54,893 nucleotides of DNA, taken from positions 1 through 54,893 of the forward strand of contig JAADIK010000153.1 in the NCBI GenBank assembly GCA_013151365.1, written 5' to 3'. Under the pieces are notes generated by a model. It saw nothing but the letters and a program-made list of their open reading frames with translations. It searched no databases and was not told the DNA's origin. This stretch comes from Deltaproteobacteria bacterium. GTDB lineage: Bacteria; Desulfobacterota; Desulfobulbia; Desulfobulbales; Desulfobulbaceae. Positions 26,984 to 36,568 of this stretch are shown piece by piece (the stretch's first letter is position 1; each line of letters begins with the position of its first letter). The position numbers and the translations under genes were made by a program.

Positions 26984-27955
26984 GGCTCCCCCTGAGGACC
27001 CGGCCGGCACGGAAAAGCCGTGCTCACCCCGTTCCAGGGCCAGTTCGATCAACCGGTCAAGCAGGGCTGAAAATGAGAGCCCGGCCTGGGCGGCGGCCTG
27101 CGGCAGCAGGCTGGTCGGCGTCATGCCCGGGATGGTGTTGGTTTCCAGAATAAAAATGTCCTCGCCCCTGACAATCATGTCGGTCCGGCTGTAGCCCCGC
27201 AGTTGCAGGACGCGGTGGGCGATAAGGCCGTACTCCTGCGCCTTGCTCCTGATCCCGTCACTGACCTCGGCCGGGCACACCTCCCTAGTTGCGCCGGGTT
27301 TGTATTTGGCCTCGTAATCAAAAAAATCATACTGCTCCCCCGGAATAACCTCCACCAGCGGCAGGGCGGTCAGCTCATCGTTGCCGAGCACCCCGACGGT
27401 GATCTCCCGGCCCCTGATAAACTCCTCCACCATGACCTGGCGGTCATGGGCAAAGGCATTTTGCAGGGCCTCGGACAGTCCCCCCGCCTCCCGGACAACG
27501 GACATGCCGATACTGGAGCCCTGCCGGACCGGCTTGACCACCAGGGGCAGCCGCAACCGCTCAAGCAGCGGCCCCGGGTCCCGGACATCATCAGGGCTTG
27601 CCATCTCCCACGAGGCCACGGGCAGGCCATGCAGCCGATAGAGGGTCTTGGCCAGGTTTTTGTCCATGGCCAGGGCGCTGCCCAGTACGCCCGCGCCCTG
27701 GTAGGGAATGCCGAGCAACTCAAGAAAGCCCTGCATGGTCCCGTCCTCGCCGTGAATGCCATGCAGCAGGATAAACGCCACATCAAGTTGCGCGGCATCC
27801 GCGGCGAGCCGGGGCAGGTCGGTTGCCGGGTCATAGCGGCTGACTTTATACTTTTGCGGGTCCAGCGCCTTGGCCACTCCCGCCGCGCCCTGCAGCGACA
27901 CCTTTCGTTCCCCTGATGTACCGCCGGCGATGAGGGCCAGCCGTAATCTGCTCAT
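26942..27955 (-). CDS. ddl: D-alanine--D-alanine ligase
   Basis: [20 protein letters not shown] start plus ATP-grasp motifs. I place the start at ATG 27955 (GGGGAGGA RBS) because the ORF-track start at 28027 lies inside repeat copy D. Confidence 0.9.
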   Translation of the reverse strand: MSRLRLALIAGGTSGERKVSLQGAAGVAKALDPQKYKVSRYDPATDLPRLAADAAQLDVAFILLHGIHGEDGTMQGFLELLGIPYQGAGVLGSALAMDKNLAKTLYRLHGLPVASWEMASPDDVRDPGPLLERLRLPLVVKPVRQGSSIGMSVVREAGGLSEALQNAFAHDRQVMVEEFIRGREITVGVLGNDELTALPLVEVIPGEQYDFFDYEAKYKPGATREVCPAEVSDGIRSKAQEYGLIAHRVLQLRGYSRTDMIVRGEDIFILETNTIPGMTPTSLLPQAAAQAGLSFSALLDRLIELALERGEHGFSVPAGSSGGALKTLFKVGLQDLG

Positions 27956-27989
27956 AGTTCCTCCCCGGGACCCGCTTCCATCTCGTTCA

Positions 27990-28208
27990 CCTGAATCCGT
28001 GACGACTTGAGGTGGTAATCCATGCAATATATGGAATTTATTGCCTTGTTGTTGAATAAACGCATTTTCCGGTCTTCACCGCGCCGTCCTCCGGGGTGCC
28101 CGATAACGGCGCATCTGCTGCGTTGGCAACTCGTTGATATCACACCAGGACAATCAACATCGTTGCCGCCTTGCATCTACACCTTTCTTGAACACTCACG
28201 GATTCAGG
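27990..28208 (+). repeat. family-1 element, full copy D (219 nt)
   Basis: Perfect 13-bp termini. It is flanked by CAC on both sides if the outermost C is excluded. The left end lies 34 nt from the ddl ATG. Confidence 0.9.
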
Positions 28209-28290
28209 CACCAAATAACATGACATGTTGAATAACAACATTTTCAATAATTTTCCGTAAAAAATCTGGTTTCCAGCCGCTCTTTTCAGT

Positions 28291-29682
28291 ATGGTCGGGG
28301 ATATGGATCGGGAACTGATAAAAAAACTGCAGAAAATCGTCGGCAACGGGCACCTGACCACTGCGGCCGAAGAGCTGAGCTGTTACAGTTACGACGGCAC
28401 GGGGCGCATCTTCCAGCCCGAGGCGGTTGCCTTTCCCGGCACCCCCGAAGAGATCGCCGCTATCCTGAAACTGGCCAACGAATACCGGTTCCCGGTCGTG
28501 CCCCGCGGCGCCGGCAGCGGCATGACCGGCGGCAGCCTGCCGGTCGCCGGCGGCCTGGTCCTGGCGACCAGCCGGATGAACCGGATCCTGGAGCTTGATC
28601 CGGACAACATGATCGCCGTGGTCGAACCGGGGGTGATCAACGGCGACCTGCAAAAGGCGCTGAAAAAACACCATCTGATCTATCCGCCGGACCCGGCCAG
28701 CCTCAAGTTCTGTTCCATCGGCGGCAATGCCGCCGAATGCGCCGGCGGCCCGAGCGCCGTCAAATACGGGGTCACCAGGGATTATGTTATCGGCCTGGAA
28801 GTGGTGCTGCCCACCGGCGAGATAATGACAACCGGGGTCCGGACCGAGAAAGGGGTGGTCGGCTACGACTTGACCCATCTCTTTATCGGCTCCGAGGGGA
28901 CGCTGTGCATCTTTACCAAGCTGATCCTGCGCCTCCTGCCCCGGCCGGAAACAAAGGCGACCTTCCTGGTGACCTTTGCGTCCCTGCCCGACGCCACCCG
29001 GTTCGCGGCGAAAATCATGGCCGCGGCAATCACGCCCAGTACCCTGGAATACATGGACCGGACCGCCATCAGCGTGGTCGGCGCTGCCATTTCCCCGCCC
29101 CTGCCGGAGAACACGGCTGCCCTGCTGCTGCTGGAGCTCGACGGGACGGGAGCAGAGGTCGAAGGACAGAAACGACGGCTGCTGCCCTTCCTGGAGCAAC
29201 AGGGCATCGCCTACCGCTACGCCGTTGACGAAACGGAGCGCGACCATCTCTGGCAGGCCCGGCGCTCCATATCGCCGGCGACCTTTTCGCTCCGGCCGCA
29301 CAAGATCAGTGAAGACGTGGTGGTTCCCCGTTCAAAGATACCGGATCTCGTCCAGTTCACCGAGGATCTTGCCCGCCGGCTCGACCTGACGATCCTGACC
29401 TTCGGCCATGCCGGTGACGGCAATATTCACGTCAACATCATGATCGACCGCCACAATGCAAGGGAACTCGAAAACGGCAACGTAGCGAGGAAGCGGCTCT
29501 TTGAATTTGTGATCAAACTGGGCGGCACCCTTTCGGGCGAGCATGGAATCGGCATTACCAAGGCGGAATTTCTGCCGCTCGAAATCGAGCCCCGGGCCCT
29601 GGCCGTCATGAAACAGATCAAGCAGCTCTTTGACCCGGCCAATATTCTCAACCCGGGGAAAATTTTTCCCAACGCCTCCTAA
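28291..29682 (+). CDS. FAD-binding oxidoreductase, GlcD/D-lactate dehydrogenase-like
   Basis: FAD-binding PCMH domain (VVPRGAGSGMTGG) and a C-terminal GEHGIG block. Confidence 0.85.
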   Translation: MVGDMDRELIKKLQKIVGNGHLTTAAEELSCYSYDGTGRIFQPEAVAFPGTPEEIAAILKLANEYRFPVVPRGAGSGMTGGSLPVAGGLVLATSRMNRILELDPDNMIAVVEPGVINGDLQKALKKHHLIYPPDPASLKFCSIGGNAAECAGGPSAVKYGVTRDYVIGLEVVLPTGEIMTTGVRTEKGVVGYDLTHLFIGSEGTLCIFTKLILRLLPRPETKATFLVTFASLPDATRFAAKIMAAAITPSTLEYMDRTAISVVGAAISPPLPENTAALLLLELDGTGAEVEGQKRRLLPFLEQQGIAYRYAVDETERDHLWQARRSISPATFSLRPHKISEDVVVPRSKIPDLVQFTEDLARRLDLTILTFGHAGDGNIHVNIMIDRHNARELENGNVARKRLFEFVIKLGGTLSGEHGIGITKAEFLPLEIEPRALAVMKQIKQLFDPANILNPGKIFPNAS

Positions 29683-29860
29683 GGGCTTGCGCATAAATTA
29701 CTTGGCATTTTCGCATCCCGTCTTCCGGCCATCTTGAGCCGAGCCTCAATCGCAAAATCCTCAACATAACTCTACTATGCCTGCGGTTTTGCTCAATCGG
29801 CCCAACTCAATCTGACCCAAATCCGGGCGCCAATTCTGCCATTAATTTCTGCGCAAGCCC
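29683..29860. repeat. 178-nt imperfect palindrome with 18-nt inverted termini
   Basis: GGGCTTGCGCATAAATTA ... TAATTTCTGCGCAAGCCC (17/18 complementary), with partial complementarity through the interior. It starts immediately after the glcD-like stop codon. Confidence 0.6.
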
Positions 29861-29890
29861 TGAATACCATCCCTTCATGACAATTTTTCA

Positions 29891-29919
29891 TTGACAGATT
29901 TTTTGCGGCAGAATAGAAT
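29891..29919 (+). promoter_or_regulatory. candidate sigma-70 promoter of rpsU
   Basis: TTGACA-N17-TAGAAT located 66 nt upstream of the rpsU ATG. Confidence 0.5.
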
Positions 29920-29984
29920 TATAATTTCTCATATAATTTTTAACCAATCTGGCGGCGATGGCCGTTAAAAGGATGTGATTTAAC

Positions 29985-30179
29985 ATGATCGATGTAGAAG
30001 TAAGAGGCGACATTGAGTACGCGATCCGCCAGCTCAAAAAAAAATTACAGATAGACGGAATAAAACGCGAACTCAAACGGCGTGAATATTACGAAAAACC
30101 CAGTGTCCGCAAACGTCGCAAAAGCGCCGAAGCCCTCCGTAAACTTCGCAAGTTTAACCGCATGAAAAATAATTATTAA
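29985..30179 (+). CDS. rpsU: 30S ribosomal protein S21
   Basis: 64 aa, basic, with the conserved S21 core AIRQLKKK...REYYEKPS.RKRRK. Confidence 0.92.
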   Translation: MIDVEVRGDIEYAIRQLKKKLQIDGIKRELKRREYYEKPSVRKRRKSAEALRKLRKFNRMKNNY

Positions 30180-30182
30180 CGA

Positions 30183-30218
30183 CAAAGGCCTGCCGTACGG
30201 CAAACCGGCAGGCCTTTG
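30183..30218 (+). terminator. hairpin downstream of rpsU (possible terminator, no T-run)
   Basis: Perfect 13-bp stem CAAAGGCCTGCCG / CGGCAGGCCTTTG with a 10-nt loop. Confidence 0.35.
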
Positions 30219-30256
30219 CCGTTATCTCCGCCACCATCTTCGACCAAGCGAACGTT

Positions 30257-31159
30257 CTGAAACAACAGCGACTTTCAACCTGTCTAGATCTTTTCCTGAA
30301 TTACCTTATTGCCGAGAGACGTCTCGCGCGCAACACCGTTCTCGCCTACGGTTCAGACCTGCGTTTTTTCCTGGACTTTCTTGACCGGTACCGGCTTGAA
30401 CAGCCGGCGGCAATCACCACCGAACATATCCGGGCCTTCTTCCGTCACTGCCACGAACACGAAATAGGCTCCCGCAGCAATGCCAGGCGGCTGGCGGCGC
30501 TTCGCTGTTTTTTTGCTTTCCTCGGCCGGGAAAAATGGCTCACCGCCAACCCGGTGCTTGATATCGACCCGCCCAAGACCGGCCACAGCCTGCCCAAGGC
30601 CCTGAGCATCGCCGAGGTCGAACAGCTCCTGGCGCTGCCGGAAAAAAAAACACCGCTCATCCTGCGCGACTATGCCATGCTGCATCTCATGTATGCCACC
30701 GGCCTGCGGGTCTCGGAACTGGTCCGCCTGCCGGTGCAGGCCTGCAACATGACCAGCTGTCACCTGCGGGTGCTGGGCAAGGGCGACAAAGAACGGCTGG
30801 TGCCCTTTGGCGAGGTGGCCAGGGAACGTATCGAAGACTACCTTGACCAGGGACGGCCGCAACTGGTCAAGAAAAAATCCTGCCCCTTTCTCTTCCTGAA
30901 CAACCGGGGCGGCGCCATGACCCGCAACCGGTTCTGGCAGATCATCAACGGCATCGCCATCCAGGCCGGGACCAGACACCGGATCAGCCCCCACATGCTG
31001 CGCCACTCCTTTGCCACCCACCTGCTGGCAGGCGGTGCCGACCTGCGCGCGGTCCAGATGATGCTCGGCCATGCCGACATCTCCACCACCCAGATTTACA
31101 CCAAAATTGAAACAGACCGCCTCAAAGCCATTCACCAGCGTTTTCATCCCCGGGGATAG
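30257..31159 (+). CDS. xerD: tyrosine recombinase XerD-like (start codon uncertain)
   Basis: The catalytic region has [12 protein letters not shown]...[12 protein letters not shown]. The N-terminal core-binding domain ([22 protein letters not shown]) is in frame upstream of the ORF-track start at 30554. No ATG, GTG or TTG lies in frame back to the stop at 30170, so CTG 30257 is my best guess. Confidence 0.75.
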   Translation: MKQQRLSTCLDLFLNYLIAERRLARNTVLAYGSDLRFFLDFLDRYRLEQPAAITTEHIRAFFRHCHEHEIGSRSNARRLAALRCFFAFLGREKWLTANPVLDIDPPKTGHSLPKALSIAEVEQLLALPEKKTPLILRDYAMLHLMYATGLRVSELVRLPVQACNMTSCHLRVLGKGDKERLVPFGEVARERIEDYLDQGRPQLVKKKSCPFLFLNNRGGAMTRNRFWQIINGIAIQAGTRHRISPHMLRHSFATHLLAGGADLRAVQMMLGHADISTTQIYTKIETDRLKAIHQRFHPRG

Positions 31160-31193
31160 GAGGTCGCGGGACCGCCCGAGTCCGGGAAAAATA

Positions 31194-32672
31194 TCAACGC
31201 CAGAGCTCCTTGGTCACGGCCAGCTGCAACATGATGCGGTTATCGGTATAGGAATCACGAACAAGATCCGCATCCTGCTTGTAATAGACATACCGGACAC
31301 TGGCAACAAACCATCTCAGGAAACGGTAATCCAAATTCGCCCCGGCTGAATAACCGTGCTCGATATAGGTTACGTCTCCGACATTCCGCCCCGTCGACGG
31401 CACTCCGTCCCCAACGGCGGCCCGGTAATATTCACCCTGGGGATTGAGAATACCCCGGTAACGATAGAGCCCGAAGATACCGGAGGACAATTTCTCAGTG
31501 AACTGATAGGTCAAATCCGTTCTTGCCTCGACTATATCCGACAGGCCGATATCACCTGCCCCGGTAAAGTTCTCCGTAGCATAAGTTTTCTCAAGCCGGG
31601 CGCTGAAATTCGCATGCTGGTAGGCCCGGGTAAAGGTCAGATACAGGCTGTAAACCCACTCCCCGTTCATATCCTCGGCATCGACATAGGCAGGGCCGCC
31701 GCCGATAATCAGATGGGTCCGCTCGTCCAGGGCATGATCCCAGCCGACAGTGAATTCGTGTACCCATATATCATTACGCCGGTAGTCATCATATCGTGTC
31801 TCCCGGAACTTGTACAGGAAAGGGAAGGTATCGGTGACCCCCTGGTTATAGTCAACGCCGAAGTCTGCCCGATACTCCTCCAGGTCCGAAGATAAACCGG
31901 CGGGAACCCCGTTATCATTATAAAGGCCTTTGATATAATGAAGCTCCAGGTTCGATTTCCACGCCGGGCTGAACCGGTAGGAACAGAGTCCGGAAAAATC
32001 GTGCCGGTCGTATTCCTCGTATTCATCGGCATTGCCGTTATCGCCGGACTCGTTGCGCAGGGCATCGTAGGTATAGCCGACGCCGACGTTACTGTCTTCC
32101 GCATAGGTATAGTCAGTCCTAACGGTTAAATCATTTGTCCAGTACCGTCTTCGTCCTAAATTCCAGGTGAGCTGCGTATCCCTGCTGGCTTGCTCTGCAT
32201 TTTGTGTTGTTGGTCCCTGCGGGGTGCCAGCGGCAGGGCCTTCATGTCCGAGGCGGGAAAAAGGAGTTTCATCTCTCGTGGGATCGGTTGAAAGAACAAA
32301 ATTATTACTGAGCGAAACGTTCCAGTTCCTGGTCAGAGAACGTTGGCCGGCCAAGGTAAGATAATGATCAACATACGAGGTATCACGCAGATCATCATAC
32401 GTCAGTACCGGCCTATATCGCAGCGACAATAAATCATGAATGCCGCTGGACCGGAGCTCGATTTCCGGCCAGACAGACCAATCGCGCCGGTCCCCCTCAT
32501 TGAGGTACGCTTCCGGATTCTCACCCTTGTACGTTCTCTCCCAATAATTATATCCCATGCCGATAGAACCGGTAACAGTAGTTTGCCGGGCGGCGGCGCA
32601 AGAGGGAGCGAAGAGAACGATCACTCCGGACAGGGTCACCGCAAAACGTAACAGCTTGCTATTGTTGAGCAT
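31194..32672 (-). CDS. outer-membrane beta-barrel protein, exopolysaccharide-locus associated
   Basis: Signal peptide, then an aromatic-rich alternating pattern throughout. It lies directly downstream of the Wza-like gene. I prefer ATG 32672 (AGAGGGGA RBS) over 32705. Confidence 0.6.
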   Translation of the reverse strand: MLNNSKLLRFAVTLSGVIVLFAPSCAAARQTTVTGSIGMGYNYWERTYKGENPEAYLNEGDRRDWSVWPEIELRSSGIHDLLSLRYRPVLTYDDLRDTSYVDHYLTLAGQRSLTRNWNVSLSNNFVLSTDPTRDETPFSRLGHEGPAAGTPQGPTTQNAEQASRDTQLTWNLGRRRYWTNDLTVRTDYTYAEDSNVGVGYTYDALRNESGDNGNADEYEEYDRHDFSGLCSYRFSPAWKSNLELHYIKGLYNDNGVPAGLSSDLEEYRADFGVDYNQGVTDTFPFLYKFRETRYDDYRRNDIWVHEFTVGWDHALDERTHLIIGGGPAYVDAEDMNGEWVYSLYLTFTRAYQHANFSARLEKTYATENFTGAGDIGLSDIVEARTDLTYQFTEKLSSGIFGLYRYRGILNPQGEYYRAAVGDGVPSTGRNVGDVTYIEHGYSAGANLDYRFLRWFVASVRYVYYKQDADLVRDSYTDNRIMLQLAVTKELWR

Positions 32673-32694
32673 AACGAATCCCCTCTTTATCTCT

Positions 32695-33474
32695 TTAATG
32701 AACAACGATCACGTCACCTGACTTGATAACGATATTGTTCCCAAGGTTACGACCCTTGAGAAAATCATTATAATCAAATTCGAAGGTCTTCCCCTTGACG
32801 CCCTTTTTCTGCTTTCCGGTGATACCGGGCGGCGTTTGCCGAATAACAGTCACATCGGATTTGGCCCATTCGGTAAAGCCGCCGGCTTTCGCAATGGCCA
32901 TCACTATCGTGACGGGGAAATCCAAATAGTACAGCCCCGGATGTCGCACCTGGCCCATAATCGTATATTGACGGCTGTTGCTCTGAACAAGCGTTACGGT
33001 CACGCTGGGATTTTCGTAAATGGTACTGTAGAGTTTTTTCAAATAGTCTGAAAGCTGTCTCAGGGTCATGCCGACCACAGACACATCGCCAATATGGAGC
33101 AGTGAAATTCGGCCATCCTGTCGAACTTCGATGCCACCGCCACCTTCACGAACATGATCCCGGCCCCGGACGCCGGTGCGCCCTATCTCGTTTGCGGCCG
33201 CCGGTGGCTGTACCCCTTCCCCCACGGCCATGGATCCTTCGCCGTAAATACTGACGTATAAAATATCCCGATAACCAATCTTATACTCCGGGTCTATCGG
33301 CAGCTTTGCCGAGGCGCCTACAATTTCGTGACGCGCCTTGGCCTTTAACGCCGCATTCGCGGAAACATCAGCTGTGGATTCAGCCGCCTGACACCAGGAG
33401 GCAACGGCAAGTGCAGCAAAGACGAGGAGAATGCCCTGAAATAACAGTCTTGATCCATTGTGCTTCATATACAT
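32695..33474 (-). CDS. polysaccharide export protein (Wza-like, Poly_export plus SLBB)
   Basis: Signal peptide, YKIGYRDILYVSIYGE (Poly_export motif) and a C-terminal SLBB-like LKGRNLGNNIVIKSGDVIVV. Confidence 0.8.
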   Translation of the reverse strand: MYMKHNGSRLLFQGILLVFAALAVASWCQAAESTADVSANAALKAKARHEIVGASAKLPIDPEYKIGYRDILYVSIYGEGSMAVGEGVQPPAAANEIGRTGVRGRDHVREGGGGIEVRQDGRISLLHIGDVSVVGMTLRQLSDYLKKLYSTIYENPSVTVTLVQSNSRQYTIMGQVRHPGLYYLDFPVTIVMAIAKAGGFTEWAKSDVTVIRQTPPGITGKQKKGVKGKTFEFDYNDFLKGRNLGNNIVIKSGDVIVVH

Positions 33475-33866
33475 TTCACCTCAAAAGATAACGGAAATCA
33501 TGAATGGTCGCCTTTATGAAAAAAAGCTTATTTTATCGTTACATAAATCTTCATTAATGGTCAAGAAACTTCGGTGCACATAGCGGCGGAAAATCGATCT
33601 CAAAAGAGATCGGGCCGGGCATTCTCCCTTAAAAAATTACCTATTATTTCCAGATGATAGAAAGCAGCCCCCGCCCGCCAGGGCTTGTCTTTCTTATTCC
33701 GGTTTTTTGTAACGGCTACAGTCCGGCAAAAAATCAAAGGTGTTTCTGCCTGAAGAACTACAATCCTTCCCATAACTGTTCCGCATCTTCCCCGGGGTCC
33801 TCAAGCAAGACCTTGCTTTTTACCAAAAGTTTTTTTACCCTGATTCTGTCGGTAGCTTGATTGTGT

Positions 33867-34071
33867 CCTGAATCCGTAACGGCTTGAGAAAACCCCATGC
33901 AATATGCGGAATCTATTGCATTATTGCCGAAAGAATGCATTTCCTGTTCTTCACCGCGCCGCCCGATAACGGCGCATTTGCTGCGTTGACAACTCGTTGA
34001 TATCACACCAGGATAATCAACATCGTTGCCGCCGTGCATCTACACCGTTCTCGAACGCTCACGGATTCAGG
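33867..34071 (+). repeat. family-1 element, copy E (205 nt, 12-nt GC-hairpin deletion)
   Basis: Both termini are present (left CCTGAATCCGTAA). It lacks the segment between the GCGCC direct repeats. Confidence 0.9.
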
Positions 34072-34138
34072 TATATTTTATGTATCTCCCCGGAGAGAGT
34101 GTCGATCCATACATAAAGTCCGCCAAGACGGTCCCCGG

Positions 34139-34870
34139 ATGAAAAAGGTAGCGTTTATTTCCGACATCCATGGCAATCTCGAGGCATTCCAAGCCGTTCT
34201 GGCCGATATTGACCGGCTTGCCATCCAGACGATTTTCTGCCTGGGAGATTGTGTCGGCTATGGCCCGGAGCCGGAAAAGGTTATCATGGAAATTCGCAAC
34301 CGCGCCATTCCCACGGTGATGGGCAATCACGAACTGGCCCTGCTCAACGACCGTTACGCCAACTCTTTCAATTTTATTGCCCGGCAGTCACTCGACATCA
34401 CCCGGACCCTCATTTCCCCGGCCACCCTGCGATATATTGCGGCCATGCCGGTCACCCGGCTGTTCGGGAACACCCGCATGGTCCACGGCCGCCCTCCTGC
34501 CTCCATCACCCGTTATCTCTTTGCTGCGCAAAAACACCTCCTCAAGGATATTTTTTCTGAATTTGCCGAAACGCTTTGTTTTTTCGGACATACTCACACC
34601 CTTGCCCTCTACACCCTCGACCCGTCGGGCAATATTCATAGTCAGCGCCTCGAAAGGGGCATCCTTGGTCTTGAACCCCATTGTCGCCACCTGATCAATA
34701 TCGGTTCAGTAGGCCAACCGCGAGACGGCAATAATAATGCCAAATACGTCATCTGGGACGAGGAGGAAAGGATGATTGAGACCCGCTATATTCCCTATGA
34801 CATTCAAAGCACTTTTGCCAAGATCATTGCCGCCGGATTGCCTGAATTAAACGCAACCAGACTTTTATAA
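34139..34870 (+). CDS. metallophosphoesterase family protein
   Basis: MKKVAFISDIHGN, GDCVGYG, GNHE and GHTH motifs. I use ATG 34139 because the ORF-track start lies in repeat copy E. Confidence 0.8.
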   Translation: MKKVAFISDIHGNLEAFQAVLADIDRLAIQTIFCLGDCVGYGPEPEKVIMEIRNRAIPTVMGNHELALLNDRYANSFNFIARQSLDITRTLISPATLRYIAAMPVTRLFGNTRMVHGRPPASITRYLFAAQKHLLKDIFSEFAETLCFFGHTHTLALYTLDPSGNIHSQRLERGILGLEPHCRHLINIGSVGQPRDGNNNAKYVIWDEEERMIETRYIPYDIQSTFAKIIAAGLPELNATRLL

Positions 34871-35028
34871 GTGGTTTGAAACAGATCGGTCTCCATACAT
34901 TCAATATCTGCCGCCATCCCCTCTTCAGCTTTTTTTCATAAATTCTTTTACATTCTCCAGCAGCATGATATATTTAAAATTATTGGTAACATACGTCATT
35001 TTGCCGAAAAAAAAGGAGGGGGGGAGAA

Positions 35029-36030
35029 ATGAAGACCGAAAAAAATATGGCGGCAGCTTATTTCTGGAGCAGCGTTCTTGCCGCACTACTTGCTGTCTCC
35101 GGAGCGACACAGGTTTTCGCTGCGACAAGTATCCGGCAGGGTAATCAGACCACGGTGCGGATCAATAAAGAGGTGATCATTGTGTCCGGACATATTGGTG
35201 CCGGTTATCTCTCAGGAGAATCCACCGAATCCGTGTATGACACGGCCGCTTCCGGATATAAACTGAGCGAGTTGACCTGGAGGCTCAGGGATGTCTTCAT
35301 GTTCAATGCGGGCGTATCGGTTCAGCCGGCTACCTGGCTGAAGTTGAACGGTGACATCTGGGTCAAGGCCAACGACGGCAACGGCTCCATGGACGACTAT
35401 GACTGGTTTGTCGAAGGCTGGGACTGGACCCACTGGTCCCACCACAATAACGTGGAGTTGTCCGAGGGGCTCATGTATGATCTCAATGTCGAGTTTCCCT
35501 TTTACAGGTTTGACCAGGTCACATTCAGCGCCCTCATCGGTTATAAGCATGATCACTGGGAGTGGAAAACCAAGGGGGGATCGTATATCTACTCAACCTA
35601 TGCGTTGCGGGATACCATCGGCACCTTTCCGGACGATGAGCCGGGGATAACCTATGAACAGACGTTTGGCGTGCCCTATTTGGGACTGGCCTTCGCGGCC
35701 AAGCTGGAGAAGGCAACCTTAACGGGCCGTCTTATCGGCAGCACCCTGGTCAAGGTCGAGGATGTCGATCATCACCACATGCGTAACCTGCTCTTTGAAA
35801 ATGATTTCGATACCGGGTCAATGGTCTCTTTTGACTTAGGCGGCGGCTACAATTTTACCGATCAGTTATCACTCCTGGCTGCATACCATTATCAGATATA
35901 CTATGAGACCAAAGGCAGTACCAAGGTAACCGACCTGCTCACCGGGGAGACGCAAAACTTCCCGGGTGACGCCGCAGGCACGGATCACCAGTCCGACATG
36001 GTTTCCCTGTCGTTGCGCTACACCTTCTAA
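35029..36030 (+). CDS. omptin-family outer-membrane protease
   Basis: Matches OmpT/Pla blocks: SELTWR, MDDYDW (Asp pair), GGSYIYS, GTFPDDEPGITYEQTFGVPYLGL and DVDHH (Asp-His). The C-terminus is LRYTF. A signal peptide is present. Confidence 0.85.
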   Translation: MKTEKNMAAAYFWSSVLAALLAVSGATQVFAATSIRQGNQTTVRINKEVIIVSGHIGAGYLSGESTESVYDTAASGYKLSELTWRLRDVFMFNAGVSVQPATWLKLNGDIWVKANDGNGSMDDYDWFVEGWDWTHWSHHNNVELSEGLMYDLNVEFPFYRFDQVTFSALIGYKHDHWEWKTKGGSYIYSTYALRDTIGTFPDDEPGITYEQTFGVPYLGLAFAAKLEKATLTGRLIGSTLVKVEDVDHHHMRNLLFENDFDTGSMVSFDLGGGYNFTDQLSLLAAYHYQIYYETKGSTKVTDLLTGETQNFPGDAAGTDHQSDMVSLSLRYTF

Positions 36031-36215
36031 ACGCTTCGTTGATGCCATTCTCCCGGGCCGGGCAAAAAACCGGCCCGACCGGGTCACCGGGTGAAAAAAA
36101 TAAGGGGGGGGGCGCACAAAAAACAACCGCACATTTCCGCATCCCGGAGACAGGCTCCGATTCCGCTGACTTACTTTTTTGCGCAAACCATAGGGAACCG
36201 TACCGGAGCGGGGAC

Positions 36216-36260
36216 AAAAAAATCCCGGAAGGCGGCTGTTGACAAGTTGACCTTCCGGGG
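36216..36260 (-). terminator. rho-independent terminator of the RRM gene
   Basis: On the minus strand, CCCGGAAGG...CCTTCCGGG is followed by ATTTTTTT. Confidence 0.65.
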
Positions 36261-36295
36261 CTCAAGTAAGCATTTTCAGCAGGCAGGCGATCCGT

Positions 36296-36568
36296 TTAAT
36301 ATCGCGAATCGTGCTGGGGGCGGTCCGCCCGTGGTTTTGCCTGGTTTACCCTCAGCTTGCGGCCCTGCATGTCGGTACTATCCAGTGATTTGATCGCCTC
36401 TTCCGCTTCGGAGTCATTGTCCATTTCAACAAAACCGAAACCCTTCGACCGTCCGGAATACCTGTCCATGATAATTTTGGCGGTTGCGACGTCTCCAAAT
36501 TCTGCGAAAGCGGAACGTAATTCATCATCCGTTACACTGTATGGCAGGTTGCCAACATAGATATTCAT
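36296..36568 (-). CDS. RNA-binding protein (single RRM domain)
   Basis: RNP2 IYVGNL and RNP1 KGFGFVEM. 90 aa. Confidence 0.9.
   Translation of the reverse strand: MNIYVGNLPYSVTDDELRSAFAEFGDVATAKIIMDRYSGRSKGFGFVEMDNDSEAEEAIKSLDSTDMQGRKLRVNQAKPRADRPQHDSRY

Noticed and set aside
27956-28027. N-terminal extensions offered by the ORF track for ddl (28027), EF-G (4085), the metallophosphoesterase (34034), the secreted protein (21635) and HD-GYP (38360).
   Set aside because: The extensions run into repeat elements or the tRNA-Phe gene. Internal ATGs with good RBS give N-termini matching the family consensus.
30257-31159. The tyrosine recombinase as the integrase of a mobile island.
   Set aside because: It has a XerD-like sequence with an rpsU neighbour. 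There is no adjacent tRNA target, no direct repeats, and no phage or conjugation genes. Housekeeping XerD is the simpler reading.
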